From assembly GCA_965262615.1 (NCBI GenBank), contig OZ253545.1:1280001-1344000 (forward strand): a stretch of DNA of 64,000 bases. The letters run 5' to 3'. Below are positions 48,190-57,985 of the stretch, piece by piece. The stretch is from Alphaproteobacteria bacterium (GTDB lineage Bacteria > Pseudomonadota > Alphaproteobacteria > GM7ARS4 > G965262615). Numbering within the stretch: position 1 is the stretch's first letter; each line of letters opens with the position of its first letter. Made by a program: the position numbers and the translations under genes. The notes beneath the pieces are model-generated. The model ran no database searches. It was not told the origin of the DNA and worked only from the letters and a program-made list of their open reading frames with translations.

Positions 48190-49239
48190 CCGCCACGCCC
48201 TCGCCAATTGATACGACTTGCTCACCGCCGCCTCGCCCATCGGCAAAAGCCATATCTCAGGCATCAAGGAAAATTTCTCGCCCACCTCACCACACAACAA
48301 TGCCAGACGATCCACGCCCGCCGCCCAGCCCACCGCCGCCAGCTCACGCCCGCCCAGAAGCGGCGCAAGACCATCATAGCGTCCGCCCGCCAAAACCGTG
48401 TTTTGTGCTCCCAAGCCATCGCTCGCCACATACTCAAAAGCCGTGTGACCGTAATAATCCAGACCCCGCACCAAATGGGGCACGCGCTCAAACACAATGC
48501 CATCATTGTCCAGACGGCTTTGCAGGTCGGCAAAAAACGCCGCCGCATCGGTGGTGAAAAAATCATCAATGCGCGGGGCATCCGCCACAAGAGCGCGATC
48601 CGATGGCTCTTTGGAATCCAAAATACGCAACGGATTCTTGTGCAAGCGGTCTTGCGACAATGGCGACAGTGCATCATGGTGGCGCGTGAAATACTCCACC
48701 AGAGCGGCGCGCCACCGATTCCGACTGTCATCATCACCCAAACTGTTGAGCTGCAACACCACTTTATCGCGCACATTCAAGCTGTGCAAAAAATCATCCG
48801 CCAGTGCAATGACCTCATGGTCGCCCGCCACTGCCGCGCCTCCCAACATCTCAATGCCCAATTGATAAAACTGACGGTAGCGTCCCTTTTGCGGGCGATC
48901 TCGGCGAAACATCGCACCGTCATAAAACAATCGCTTGGGGAGTGAGAGCTGTGCCATCTGCAGTGCCGCCCGCACCACACCCGCCGTGCCCTCAGGACGC
49001 AGTGCCACCATCTGCCCCCCCACATCCTCAAAGCGATAAATCTCCTTTGACACCACATCCGATGTCAAACCCAAACCCCGCTCAAACAATTCAACATCCT
49101 CCAAGAGGGGCAAGAAAATCTCATCATAGCCATAAGACCCCGCCACCACGCGAAAACGCTCCATGATGGTGCGAAACGATGCCGCCGTCTCATCGGTGAC
49201 ATCGCGCAATCCTCTCATTCTTTTGAATGTGTCAGCCAT
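47965..49239 (-). CDS. hisS: Histidine--tRNA ligase
   Basis: LRPEGTA, FRRDRPQKGRYRQFYQ, LVRGLDYY, GGRYDGL. Confidence 0.96.
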   Translation of the reverse strand: MADTFKRMRGLRDVTDETAASFRTIMERFRVVAGSYGYDEIFLPLLEDVELFERGLGLTSDVVSKEIYRFEDVGGQMVALRPEGTAGVVRAALQMAQLSLPKRLFYDGAMFRRDRPQKGRYRQFYQLGIEMLGGAAVAGDHEVIALADDFLHSLNVRDKVVLQLNSLGDDDSRNRWRAALVEYFTRHHDALSPLSQDRLHKNPLRILDSKEPSDRALVADAPRIDDFFTTDAAAFFADLQSRLDNDGIVFERVPHLVRGLDYYGHTAFEYVASDGLGAQNTVLAGGRYDGLAPLLGGRELAAVGWAAGVDRLALLCGEVGEKFSLMPEIWLLPMGEAAVSKSYQLARAWRKTGLCRVIVEERASLAKRLTKAHKQGVRCVAIMGEDELRDDSVTWRDFKTGEQQLVPFSQVTDSLAALLGNRNE

Positions 49240-49241
49240 CC

Positions 49242-50378
49242 TCAAGAGACGGCTTCTTCTACAGCGTGTCCTTCCTTGTTTTTCGCATCTTCCATCTGCT
49301 GGGCTTTTTTCTCCACCAGCTCCACCAGATGCTCCACAATGTCGCCGTCTCGCAAAATATGATGCTTCTCACCATTGAGATACACCTGATGATGCCCCTG
49401 TCCGCCGCCCGTCAAGCCGATTTGCGTCTCACGGGCTTCGCCTGGCCCATTCACCACACAGCCAATCACCGACAGCGTGATGGGCGCACGAATATGAGAC
49501 AACCGCTCCTCCAACAAACTCACAGTGGGAATGACATCAAACTGCTGGCGCGCACACGAAGGACACGAAATGACCGTCACGCCGCGATGGCGCAGATTGA
49601 GTGACTTCAAAATCTCAAACCCAACGCGAATCTCCTCCACCGGGTCAGCCGACAGCGAGACGCGAATGGTATCGCCAATGCCCGCCCACAACAACGAGCC
49701 CATGCCAATGGCAGATTTCACCGTTCCGCTCTGCAAACCTCCCGCCTCCGTGATGCCCAAGTGCAACGGATAGTCACACGCCCCAGCAATGCCATAATAC
49801 GCCGCCACCGCCATAAACACATCAGATGCCTTCACGCTCACCTTGAATTCCTGAAAATCACAGTCCTCCAGCATGCGAATATGACGCAGTGCCGACTCCA
49901 CCATGGCATCAGGACACGGCTCGGCGTATTTCTCCAACAAATCTCGCTCCAGTGACCCGGCATTGACACCAATCCGCATGGAACATCCATGGTCGCGCGC
50001 CGCCCGCACAACCTCCCCCACCTTCTCGGCAGAGCCAATGTTGCCCGGATTAATACGCAAACACGCCGCCCCCGATTCAGCCGCCTCAATGGCACGCCGA
50101 TAATGAAAGTGAATATCCGCCACAATGGGAACACCCACCTCTTTGACAATCTCCGCCAATGCCTTGCTGGATTCCTCATCGGGACAGCTCACCCGCACAA
50201 TATCCGCCCCCGCCATCTCCAGTTCACGAATCTGACGAATGGTCGCCGCCACATCGGTCGTCAATGTGTTGGTCATGGACTGCACCGCAATGGGAGCATC
50301 ACCACCCACCCGCACCTTGCCCACGCCAATCTGACGGCTGCCACGGCGCGTGATGTCTCGCCAAGGACGAATGCTCAT
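49242..50378 (-). CDS. ispG: 4-hydroxy-3-methylbut-2-en-1-yl diphosphate synthase
   Basis: [36 protein letters not shown]. Confidence 0.97.
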   Translation of the reverse strand: MSIRPWRDITRRGSRQIGVGKVRVGGDAPIAVQSMTNTLTTDVAATIRQIRELEMAGADIVRVSCPDEESSKALAEIVKEVGVPIVADIHFHYRRAIEAAESGAACLRINPGNIGSAEKVGEVVRAARDHGCSMRIGVNAGSLERDLLEKYAEPCPDAMVESALRHIRMLEDCDFQEFKVSVKASDVFMAVAAYYGIAGACDYPLHLGITEAGGLQSGTVKSAIGMGSLLWAGIGDTIRVSLSADPVEEIRVGFEILKSLNLRHRGVTVISCPSCARQQFDVIPTVSLLEERLSHIRAPITLSVIGCVVNGPGEARETQIGLTGGGQGHHQVYLNGEKHHILRDGDIVEHLVELVEKKAQQMEDAKNKEGHAVEEAVS

Positions 50379-50510
50379 TGTCTTGTCCTCACTCTGAATC
50401 CTCTTTTTCTCAATTGCACAATGACCTTCATGTGTGTCATAAGGAACTCTCCCTTATAGTGACCCATCCCAACACAAAAAGCAAGACCGCCCCAAACATT
50501 CCAAGACCAC

Positions 50511-51332
50511 ATGACGCATCTACGCCATCTCATTGACCATTATGATTTGTTTGTGTTGGATCTGTGGGGCGTCATTCATGATGGTGTCACCGCCTTTCCT
50601 CACGCCCTTGAAGCCCTCAGCCAATTGGCGCGTCATGGCAAAACCGTTGCCTTCATCTCCAATGCTCCCAGACGCACCGCCGTCATCGCCACTCAGCTGC
50701 ACCAACTGGGAGTGAGTCCGCAATGCTATGACACCATCTTCTCATCGGGCGAACAGACATGGCAGCAACTTCACCAACAAGGCGTGGCAACATGGGGACA
50801 GCACTGCTATCACATTGGTCCTCCCAGAGATTATCACCTGCTGGAGGGACTGCCCTTCACCCCCACCGATGACATTCTCACCGCCGATTTCATTCTCAAT
50901 AGCGGTCCCTGGGGAGATGACCACCAATTGAGTGATTATCATGACCTCTTGCATCAAGCCCACGCTCGCGCTCTGCCCATGCTGTGTGCCAATCCCGATC
51001 GCACCGTGGTGCGCGGCGGATTCATGATGATCTGTGCCGGCGCACTGGCGAATTTTTATGAAAAACTGGGAAGTCCCGTCACCTATCATGGCAAGCCACA
51101 CCCCGCCATCTATGGCGCATTGCAACACCATTACGCCACCACCGACTCGTCACGCATCATTGCCATCGGTGACAGCATCAGCACCGACATCCAAGGCGCG
51201 CACAACGCCGCCATTGATGCCATTCTCATCACAAGCGGTATTCATCATGAAGAAAGTCAAGAAGACATCACAACAAAACTGGCTCAGCTCAGCCTCACGC
51301 CACGAGCCATCATGACACAGCTCAGCTGGTAG
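50511..51332 (+). CDS. HAD-superfamily class IIA hydrolase (TIGR01459-like)
   Basis: DLWGVIHDG, SNAPR, CANPD, GKPH, IGDSISTDI. Confidence 0.88.
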   Translation: MTHLRHLIDHYDLFVLDLWGVIHDGVTAFPHALEALSQLARHGKTVAFISNAPRRTAVIATQLHQLGVSPQCYDTIFSSGEQTWQQLHQQGVATWGQHCYHIGPPRDYHLLEGLPFTPTDDILTADFILNSGPWGDDHQLSDYHDLLHQAHARALPMLCANPDRTVVRGGFMMICAGALANFYEKLGSPVTYHGKPHPAIYGALQHHYATTDSSRIIAIGDSISTDIQGAHNAAIDAILITSGIHHEESQEDITTKLAQLSLTPRAIMTQLSW

Positions 51333-51335
51333 CCA

Positions 51336-51800
51336 TTACCATGCCTCAAAATCAAACTGACCCCAGTAACGCATCACCAGTTTCTGACGAGCATTGCTGT
51401 TGCCCGCCAGATAAAAGGATGTGTCCTTAAAGTCTGGCAGTGTCAGCATCGGCACCACATCATGACTGAAGCCAAAGCCTTCAAGGGGCCAGCCGAAGAA
51501 TGTTTGGTCAAAAATCCCATTGTTGTTGACATCATGATACATGGCGACCGCATAAAATCCTTCGGGTAAATTTTTGAATGTGAATCCATTTCTGGGAAAT
51601 TCGCTGGCGACAATGTAAGCCCTTCTGACAGGGGTCTCTTGCTTGGCATAGTGATCCTCAGAATCATAAACGGCGATATCCACATGCCCCTCACCGCCAA
51701 TGAGGCGAGAGGGCAAAACGGTGAGCGACCCCGCCTGTGCCGCAAGCGGCATACCCACCAAAATAACCGCCAAAAGAATGGTGCGAATGATGTTCATCAT
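51336..51800 (-). CDS. Secreted DUF2141-family protein
   Basis: Signal peptide (AAQA); G.YAVAMYHDVNNNG.FD..FFGWPLEGFGFS. Confidence 0.8.
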   Translation of the reverse strand: MMNIIRTILLAVILVGMPLAAQAGSLTVLPSRLIGGEGHVDIAVYDSEDHYAKQETPVRRAYIVASEFPRNGFTFKNLPEGFYAVAMYHDVNNNGIFDQTFFGWPLEGFGFSHDVVPMLTLPDFKDTSFYLAGNSNARQKLVMRYWGQFDFEAW

Positions 51801-52837
51801 GACGACTCCTGTCCTTTCTCTTCATCCACCTGTGCTTGGTCAAAGGATGCCATGTCACGATAACACGCGACCGCCGCCTTCAGCAATCCGAGCGCGCACG
51901 CCGCCCCACTTCCTTCTCCCAAAGCCATATTGAGATTGAGCATAGGCTTTTTGCCAATTTTGTCAAGAAGTTTCGCGTGAGATTTCTCCGCCGACTGATG
52001 CCCCACCAGACAGTGCTCCAGTGCCTGTGGTGACCATCGCTGCAACACCGCCGCCACCGCACAACAGATAAAGCCGTCCAAAATGACTGGAACACGCGCC
52101 ATGCGAGCGGCAATGATGCCCCCCGCCATCGCCACCATCTCATAGCCTCCCATGCGGCGCAATAAATCAAAGGGCGAATTCCACTGTCCTTCATGATATG
52201 TCACGGCGCGCGCCACCAATTCAATTTTATGATGCAATGCGTCCCCCTTCACGCCCGTGCCTCTGCCGACCCAGTCCTTTGCCTCGCCTCCATAGAGTGC
52301 ATGACACAGTGCCGCCGCCGCCGTCGTGTTGCCGATGCCCATCTCGCCCAGCGCGACGACATCATCATCGGGCGAGACGGAATCAAATCCTCGCTGCATT
52401 GCCTCACAAAAGCGCGCCTGTGTCATGGCGTCTCGCGTGGTGAAGTCTGCGGTTGCCTCATCCAACCACAATCCATGCACCCGCAATGCCGCACCCGTCC
52501 ACAATGCCAACTGATTGATCGCCGCACCGCCATTGTCAAAATTAACCACCATCTGCCGCGTCACCGTGTCCGGATACGCCGACACCCCATGACAATTCAC
52601 GCCATGCCGTCCCGCATACACATGAATGGTGCAAGAATCACAACACACCTGCCGCTGCCATCCCGCCAAAAAAACAGTCCAATCCTCAAGGTCACCCAAT
52701 GAGCGAGGTGGCTTTGTCAATTGATTCTGACGATGCATCGCCTTGTCACGCGCCTCATCACACGCCGATGGCATCTCGTTTGCCAATGCCAGCCAATCGT
52801 TCATGTTATTTTTTTTGTGGATTTTTTTTGTATCCAT
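51797..52837 (-). CDS. cobT: Nicotinate-nucleotide--dimethylbenzimidazole phosphoribosyltransferase
   Basis: LTKPPRSLG.LE, GEMGIGNTT, LDGFI, LGEGSGA; start may be ATG 52804. Confidence 0.95.
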   Translation of the reverse strand: MDTKKIHKKNNMNDWLALANEMPSACDEARDKAMHRQNQLTKPPRSLGDLEDWTVFLAGWQRQVCCDSCTIHVYAGRHGVNCHGVSAYPDTVTRQMVVNFDNGGAAINQLALWTGAALRVHGLWLDEATADFTTRDAMTQARFCEAMQRGFDSVSPDDDVVALGEMGIGNTTAAAALCHALYGGEAKDWVGRGTGVKGDALHHKIELVARAVTYHEGQWNSPFDLLRRMGGYEMVAMAGGIIAARMARVPVILDGFICCAVAAVLQRWSPQALEHCLVGHQSAEKSHAKLLDKIGKKPMLNLNMALGEGSGAACALGLLKAAVACYRDMASFDQAQVDEEKGQESS

Positions 52838-52893
52838 GCTACATAGTTTCTATAGGGAAACCTCTATCATTGCAAATCAGCAAAGGAATCGTC

Positions 52894-53799
52894 ATGGAAG
52901 AATTGCCCCCCAATACGCCCGCATCCAAAGATAGCCCCAAGAAAAAATCTACGGTCTCTCAAAGCGCAACCAAACAATTGAAGGATGCCGTCTCGCATCT
53001 GGAGAATATTTCGCGCGAGGATATCAGTCGCTCCATGCGTCCGTGGTACGAGGATTTGCTGCAAGCGTTGCGTTTTTTGACTCGCATTCCCGTTGCCGAT
53101 GATACCCCTGCCAATTCTGCCAGTTTGCGGCGCGCGGCGCGTGCCTTTCCTCTGACCGGCTTGGTTGTGGGCGGAGCGGGTGCGTTGGTGATTCTCTTTG
53201 CCGCACCGTTTGGCATTCCTGCCACTGTGACCGTCATGCTTGCTCTTGCCACGATGGTGATGCTCACGGGCGGACTGCACGAAGACGGTCTTGCCGACAG
53301 CAGTGATGCCCTCTTTGCCACCACCGACCCCGATGAGCGCATGAAAATTCTCAAAGACAGCAGCAGCGGTGTCTTTGCCATGCTGGCTCTGATTTTTGTC
53401 ATTCTCATCAAATGGACGGCACTTATTGCCATCATGGAGGAATCCTCGTTTGCCGCCGCCAGTGCCATTGTTGCCGCCAGCATTGTCTCTCGTATCGCTT
53501 TTCTTGTGCCGGTGTGTTTTATGAACCCCGTCAAAGAAGATGGCTTGGGCGCGGCGTTGGGGTCACTCAATCCCGCATCCCTCATTCTTCCTCTGGGTGT
53601 GGGCGCGGGGGCGTTGTTTTTTGTGTTGTTTGACATCATCGCCATCGCCGCAAGCCTCATCGCTTGTGCTGTTGTCGCCTTTGGCATCGCCATTCTCGCT
53701 GAGAAAAAACTCGGCGGCTACAATGGAGACATCGCTGGCGCGACACAACAAATCAGTGAAGCCGTCGCGCTGGTGTCGTTCACCATCACTGTCATTTAG
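52894..53799 (+). CDS. cobS: Adenosylcobinamide-GDP ribazoletransferase (cobalamin synthase)
   Basis: FLTRIP, TGGLHEDGLAD, ILKDS, GG.NGD..GA; AAAGGA RBS before ATG 52894. Confidence 0.92.
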   Translation: MEELPPNTPASKDSPKKKSTVSQSATKQLKDAVSHLENISREDISRSMRPWYEDLLQALRFLTRIPVADDTPANSASLRRAARAFPLTGLVVGGAGALVILFAAPFGIPATVTVMLALATMVMLTGGLHEDGLADSSDALFATTDPDERMKILKDSSSGVFAMLALIFVILIKWTALIAIMEESSFAAASAIVAASIVSRIAFLVPVCFMNPVKEDGLGAALGSLNPASLILPLGVGAGALFFVLFDIIAIAASLIACAVVAFGIAILAEKKLGGYNGDIAGATQQISEAVALVSFTITVI

Positions 53800-53801
53800 C
53801 T

Positions 53802-54338
53802 ATGTCCCCAAACCGCTTGCTGTTCATCATCGGCGGCACATCATCGGGAAAAAGCCTTTTTGCCGAACAGCATCTGCGTGCATCCCATAGCCACGCCTAT
53901 TACATCGCCACCATTCGTGATGACACCACCGACAAAGAACTGCTGGATAAAATCAAATATCATCAAAAGCGGCGCGATCATCATTGGAGCACCATCTGTG
54001 CCCCCTTTGCCATTGCCCGTGCCATCCAAACACAGTGCAACAAAAACATTCCCATTCTCATTGATGGCTTGGATCTGTGGTGTGCCCACAACATGATGGA
54101 CAAACAAAACATGAAGGAACTGACGCATGAATTGATGCGAGCGGTGCGAGGACACTCTGCCGATGTGTGGATGGTCTCCAGTGAGGTGGGCATGGGAACG
54201 ATTGCCAGCCATCCGCAAACGCGCCTTTACACAGAGCAACTGGGATGGATTCATCAACAATGCGCCGCCGCCGCCGATGATGTCATCACCATAACCGCAG
54301 GACTACCGCTTGTGCTCAAGGGGCGAATGCCAAAATAA
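53802..54338 (+). CDS. cobU: Adenosylcobinamide kinase/guanylyltransferase (CobU/CobP)
   Basis: GGTSSGKS.FAE, YIAT, HQKRR, VSSEVGMG, AGLP. Confidence 0.9.
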   Translation: MSPNRLLFIIGGTSSGKSLFAEQHLRASHSHAYYIATIRDDTTDKELLDKIKYHQKRRDHHWSTICAPFAIARAIQTQCNKNIPILIDGLDLWCAHNMMDKQNMKELTHELMRAVRGHSADVWMVSSEVGMGTIASHPQTRLYTEQLGWIHQQCAAAADDVITITAGLPLVLKGRMPK

Positions 54339-54445
54339 AGCGTGCCAAAAACAATTTGATGGCATCATCATAACCGTGGGCTACCGTTGATGCTCAAGGG
54401 GCGAATGCCAAAATGAATTGTGCCACAAACGATCTGATGGCATCA
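54284..54445. repeat. Imperfect ~79-bp tandem duplication at the convergent cobU/comEC ends
   Basis: 'ctaccg..tgctcaaggggcgaatgccaaaat' and 'tgatggcatca' each occur twice, about 78-79 nt apart. Confidence 0.88.
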
Positions 54446-56471
54446 CCTTTACGCGCCAGCTCTCACCATCACGCCACACAGAATGACTGCCGTGTGTTCG
54501 CAAGGCTTTGTTGTCAATCACATGGGCGGCACACGCTCCATGAGGCGCGCCGCCTGTCACCATGACAATAATATCACTGTGGCGACACTCCTCGCGCCAT
54601 GCCTCAGGGCGATGAATAAACGCAATAATACGCGTGTCGTGCCAGATGCATGCGTCACGATCGCAACGCAAGGTATCATCGCGCGCCATTAATTGTTCTG
54701 AAGTCATCAGGCGCGCCGCGAGAGCCTTCTGCCATGATGCCATGCGAAAGTCATCGTGCACCTCACTCATGGGAATCATGACATTGCCCGTCTGTGTCTG
54801 ATTCACAATGACGGCACTGCCATCGTCCGCCACCAGCAACACGGGCGGCGTTGTGTCAAACATCATGACCACCGACACCGCCATCACGGCAAATCCCCAT
54901 CGTCTGTGATGATGCCAAAAACAAAGCCAAAACAATCCCATGCTCCACAGCAGCAACGCCATCACTGGAAAACTGCCCACGCTCACCACCGAGCCACGCC
55001 AGCCATAGACATCATCGGCAATGACAATGAGCCACTCAATTCCCTTGCCCATCATCCACAAAAACGGCGCATCCCACTGCAATGGCATGAACAACACCGC
55101 CAGCAAGCCACTGGGCATAATCCAAAACGCCGTCAGAGGCACAGCCAGCAAATTGGCAAACACGCCGTACAAAGGCACAACATGAAAGTGATAGGCCACA
55201 AAGGGTGTCGTCACCAAGCCGGCAATCACGCTGGAGAGTGCCACCGCCTGCATATAGCGCAACCACACCACACGGCGATACCACGGCAGTTCTTCATCGT
55301 TCCATGATGTTTGCTTCACGATGTGATGAAAAAACGCCACCAGCGCAATCACCGCAATGAACGACATTTGAAATCCGCTTGATAAAACCCGTTCGGGCGA
55401 CATCACCATCAATGCCACCGCCGCCCACGCCACCATGGCAAGAGTATAGACACGCCGCGCCATCATGACTCCCACAAAGAACAAAAACACCATGATAAAG
55501 GCTCGCATGGTGGGCGTTGTGCCTCCTGTGAGCAACAGATAAAAGAATCCGCCGCCAATCGCCAGCAGTGCCGCCCATTTCTTGACGCTGTAATTGAGAA
55601 CCAATGGCGGCAACAAAGCAAAAAACAACCGCAACATGAAAAAGAGCGTGCCACTGATCAGTGCCATGTGGAGTCCCGATATGGCAAGCAAATGAGCCAA
55701 GCCGGAGCCGCGCATGGATTCCCACAGTTCATCCGGCAGGGCATGGCGATAGCCGGTCAGCAATGCCGATGCCACCAGTGAGGCGGGGGCGTCAATCACC
55801 TCTTTGATGCGAGCATCAATGGCGATGCGGAGCGGATTGATTCCTCTCTCATCCTCGCCGCGCTCCAAGACTTTGGCTTTTCCCAGTGCATAGCCATAAC
55901 CGCCGATGGCTTGAAACCACGCATGACGCACGCCATCAAAATCCCCCTGCCATGCGGGCGCACGAGGCGGATACAAATTCCCCATTGTTGCAATGAGCGA
56001 TCCCACAGGATAATCCTCCACCGTGCCGCGCACCGTCATGCGCACATTGGGCAGAGGCAAGCCATCGGGAGCGCGCACCTCATGCAGAGTGAGACGCACG
56101 CCGTTTTTGGATGGCTCTAATCGGTGCACGCGCGCCACCAATGGCTGAAATGACAATGGCTCTGTCAGCAGAAGTGACGATTCATGCCCATGACTGTGCA
56201 TCGCCGCCACGCCCATTCCCAACGCCACGCCTGATGTCAGCAGTGATCCAAACAACAGTGCCACCTGACCATGCCCTCCCCGTCCCCATCCCAGTGCTCC
56301 CAACAGCACCGCCACCAATAAAATCACCAAAGGCTCTTGCGGATATGCTGGCTCATGAGATAATGCAAAATAAGTCACAATGCCCAGCAGTGTGGCGACC
56401 GCAAACCACAACCCCCAATGAGCGCGCTCTTCGTCCAAATGATTCTCTATCGTCTCTATTAAATTCACCAT
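54381..56471 (-). CDS. comEC: ComEC/Rec2 competence membrane protein
   Basis: GLAHLLAISGLH, RAFIM, GFQMSF, ANLLAVP; many TM helices; start uncertain. Confidence 0.9.
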   Translation of the reverse strand: MVNLIETIENHLDEERAHWGLWFAVATLLGIVTYFALSHEPAYPQEPLVILLVAVLLGALGWGRGGHGQVALLFGSLLTSGVALGMGVAAMHSHGHESSLLLTEPLSFQPLVARVHRLEPSKNGVRLTLHEVRAPDGLPLPNVRMTVRGTVEDYPVGSLIATMGNLYPPRAPAWQGDFDGVRHAWFQAIGGYGYALGKAKVLERGEDERGINPLRIAIDARIKEVIDAPASLVASALLTGYRHALPDELWESMRGSGLAHLLAISGLHMALISGTLFFMLRLFFALLPPLVLNYSVKKWAALLAIGGGFFYLLLTGGTTPTMRAFIMVFLFFVGVMMARRVYTLAMVAWAAVALMVMSPERVLSSGFQMSFIAVIALVAFFHHIVKQTSWNDEELPWYRRVVWLRYMQAVALSSVIAGLVTTPFVAYHFHVVPLYGVFANLLAVPLTAFWIMPSGLLAVLFMPLQWDAPFLWMMGKGIEWLIVIADDVYGWRGSVVSVGSFPVMALLLWSMGLFWLCFWHHHRRWGFAVMAVSVVMMFDTTPPVLLVADDGSAVIVNQTQTGNVMIPMSEVHDDFRMASWQKALAARLMTSEQLMARDDTLRCDRDACIWHDTRIIAFIHRPEAWREECRHSDIIVMVTGGAPHGACAAHVIDNKALRTHGSHSVWRDGESWRVKVMPSDRLWHNSFWHSPLEHQR

Positions 56472-57585
56472 GACTGTTATCACTCGTTTTGCTCCTTCAC
56501 CCACAGGCATGCTGCATATCGGCAGTGTGCGCACCGCCTATTATAACTGGCTGCATGCGCGCCGTCATAATGGCAAGATGCTGCTGCGCATTGAGGATAC
56601 CGACCGCCAACGCTCCACACAACAAGCCATCAATGCAATCCTTGATGGACTCAATTGGCTTGAGCTGCATCATGATGAAGAGGTGGTCTATCAATCGGCG
56701 CGTGTCGCTCGTCATGAAGAAGTCGCGCGCCAATTGCTCAAAGAAGGCAAAGCCTATCACTGCTACGCCAACCAAGCTCAAATAGAAGAGATGCGAAAAC
56801 GCAGTGACGGCAAGGTTCATATTTTTAATCGCATGGTGCGGGAACACGCAAAGCCCACCAGTGACAAACCAACCCTGCGGCTTGCCATGCCGTCCGATGG
56901 CACAACCACCATTGATGACCTCATTCAGGGAAGGGTCACCGTTGCCAATGACACCATGGATGACATGGTGTTGCAACGCAGTGATGGCTCACCCACCTAC
57001 ATGCTGGCGGTGGTGGTGGATGACCACGACATGGGCATCACCGATGTTATTCGCGGCGATGACCATCTCACCAACGCCTTTCGTCAATGGCAGCTCAGCA
57101 CGGCACTGGGATGGACTGCGCCGCGCATGGCTCACATGCCATTGCTGCACGGCAATGACGGCAAGAAGCTGTCAAAGCGTCATGGGGCATTGGCGGTGCA
57201 AGAGTGGCGAGACATGGGATACCTGCCAGACGCTCTGCTCAATTATCTGCTCCGACTGGGCTGGTCGCACGGCGATGATGAAATCATCACCAAAGAACAG
57301 GCGGTGCAGTGGTTTGATGTGAAGAATGTGGGGCGCGCCGCGGCGCGCTTTGATGCAAAAAAACTCAATCACATCAACAGCAATTACTTGCGCGATATGG
57401 ACGATGATTTTCTCACGCAAAAGCTATTGGAATTTGATTCAAGCCTCACACACACATTACAACGCATGAACAAAACGCCGAATGATTTTGCATCACTCAT
57501 GCCAGACTTTAAGGGTCGTGTGCAAACTTTGGCGGAATTGCGCGACATCGCGGCTCATTACTTGCGATGGCATCTCCCAACTTGA
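56470..57585 (+). CDS. gltX: Glutamate--tRNA ligase, N-terminal 371 aa (catalytic part)
   Basis: TRFAPSPTG.LHIG, LRIEDTD, IRGDDH, KLSKR; ends before the distal anticodon-binding domain. Confidence 0.9.
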   Translation: MTVITRFAPSPTGMLHIGSVRTAYYNWLHARRHNGKMLLRIEDTDRQRSTQQAINAILDGLNWLELHHDEEVVYQSARVARHEEVARQLLKEGKAYHCYANQAQIEEMRKRSDGKVHIFNRMVREHAKPTSDKPTLRLAMPSDGTTTIDDLIQGRVTVANDTMDDMVLQRSDGSPTYMLAVVVDDHDMGITDVIRGDDHLTNAFRQWQLSTALGWTAPRMAHMPLLHGNDGKKLSKRHGALAVQEWRDMGYLPDALLNYLLRLGWSHGDDEIITKEQAVQWFDVKNVGRAAARFDAKKLNHINSNYLRDMDDDFLTQKLLEFDSSLTHTLQRMNKTPNDFASLMPDFKGRVQTLAELRDIAAHYLRWHLPT

Positions 57586-57610
57586 CATTATGGTCGTTTT
57601 GTCCTACTTT
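57582..57610 (+). promoter_or_regulatory. Putative sigma70 promoter TTGACA-N17-TACTTT overlapping the gltX stop
   Basis: Perfect -35 (57582-57587), 17-nt spacer, -10 at 57605-57610; GGAGG at 57632-57636 precedes ATG 57643. Confidence 0.55.
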
Positions 57611-57642
57611 TTACTCGTCAACAACAAAGTTGGAGGGTAGCA

Positions 57643-57963
57643 ATGGATGTGATGGTATCAGAAGTCTCTGGTTATGAACAGGGTGCGCTGTTGCAAGTGC
57701 AGCCCCATGTGCAAGACCTGAGCGATATGATCGCCAAAATGGAAGCCATTGATGAATGGAAAAAAGACACCATTGGCGACACCCTCAAGCAGCGAGCAAA
57801 AAGCTGTGACCAGCCCCTTAAAACCACCATGACTCTGTGTCGTGTGGCTTTGTTGGGACGCACTGAGTCACCGCCCGTCTTCGGCTTGATGGAATTTCTT
57901 GGCAAGAAAGAAACCCTTGCCCGTTTGCGTCACCTTGCAACACAGCTTGCCTCATCACCTTGA
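57643..57963 (+). CDS. gltX: Glutamate--tRNA ligase C-terminal anticodon-binding domain as a separate ORF
   Basis: W.....  and CRVALLGRTESPPVFGLMEFLGKKETLARL match the GluRS C-terminus (RxALxGxxxSPxxFxxxxxLGxxExLxRL); same frame as the N-terminal ORF; own RBS. Confidence 0.82.
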   Translation: MDVMVSEVSGYEQGALLQVQPHVQDLSDMIAKMEAIDEWKKDTIGDTLKQRAKSCDQPLKTTMTLCRVALLGRTESPPVFGLMEFLGKKETLARLRHLATQLASSP

Positions 57964-57985
57964 ATTGTGCTAGATTGCGGCATCC

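Noticed and set aside
57583-57585. TGA as selenocysteine or genetic code 4/25
   Set aside because: TGA ends hisG, infA, gltA and others at the expected positions; the codon lies in a non-catalytic linker and I see no recognisable SECIS.
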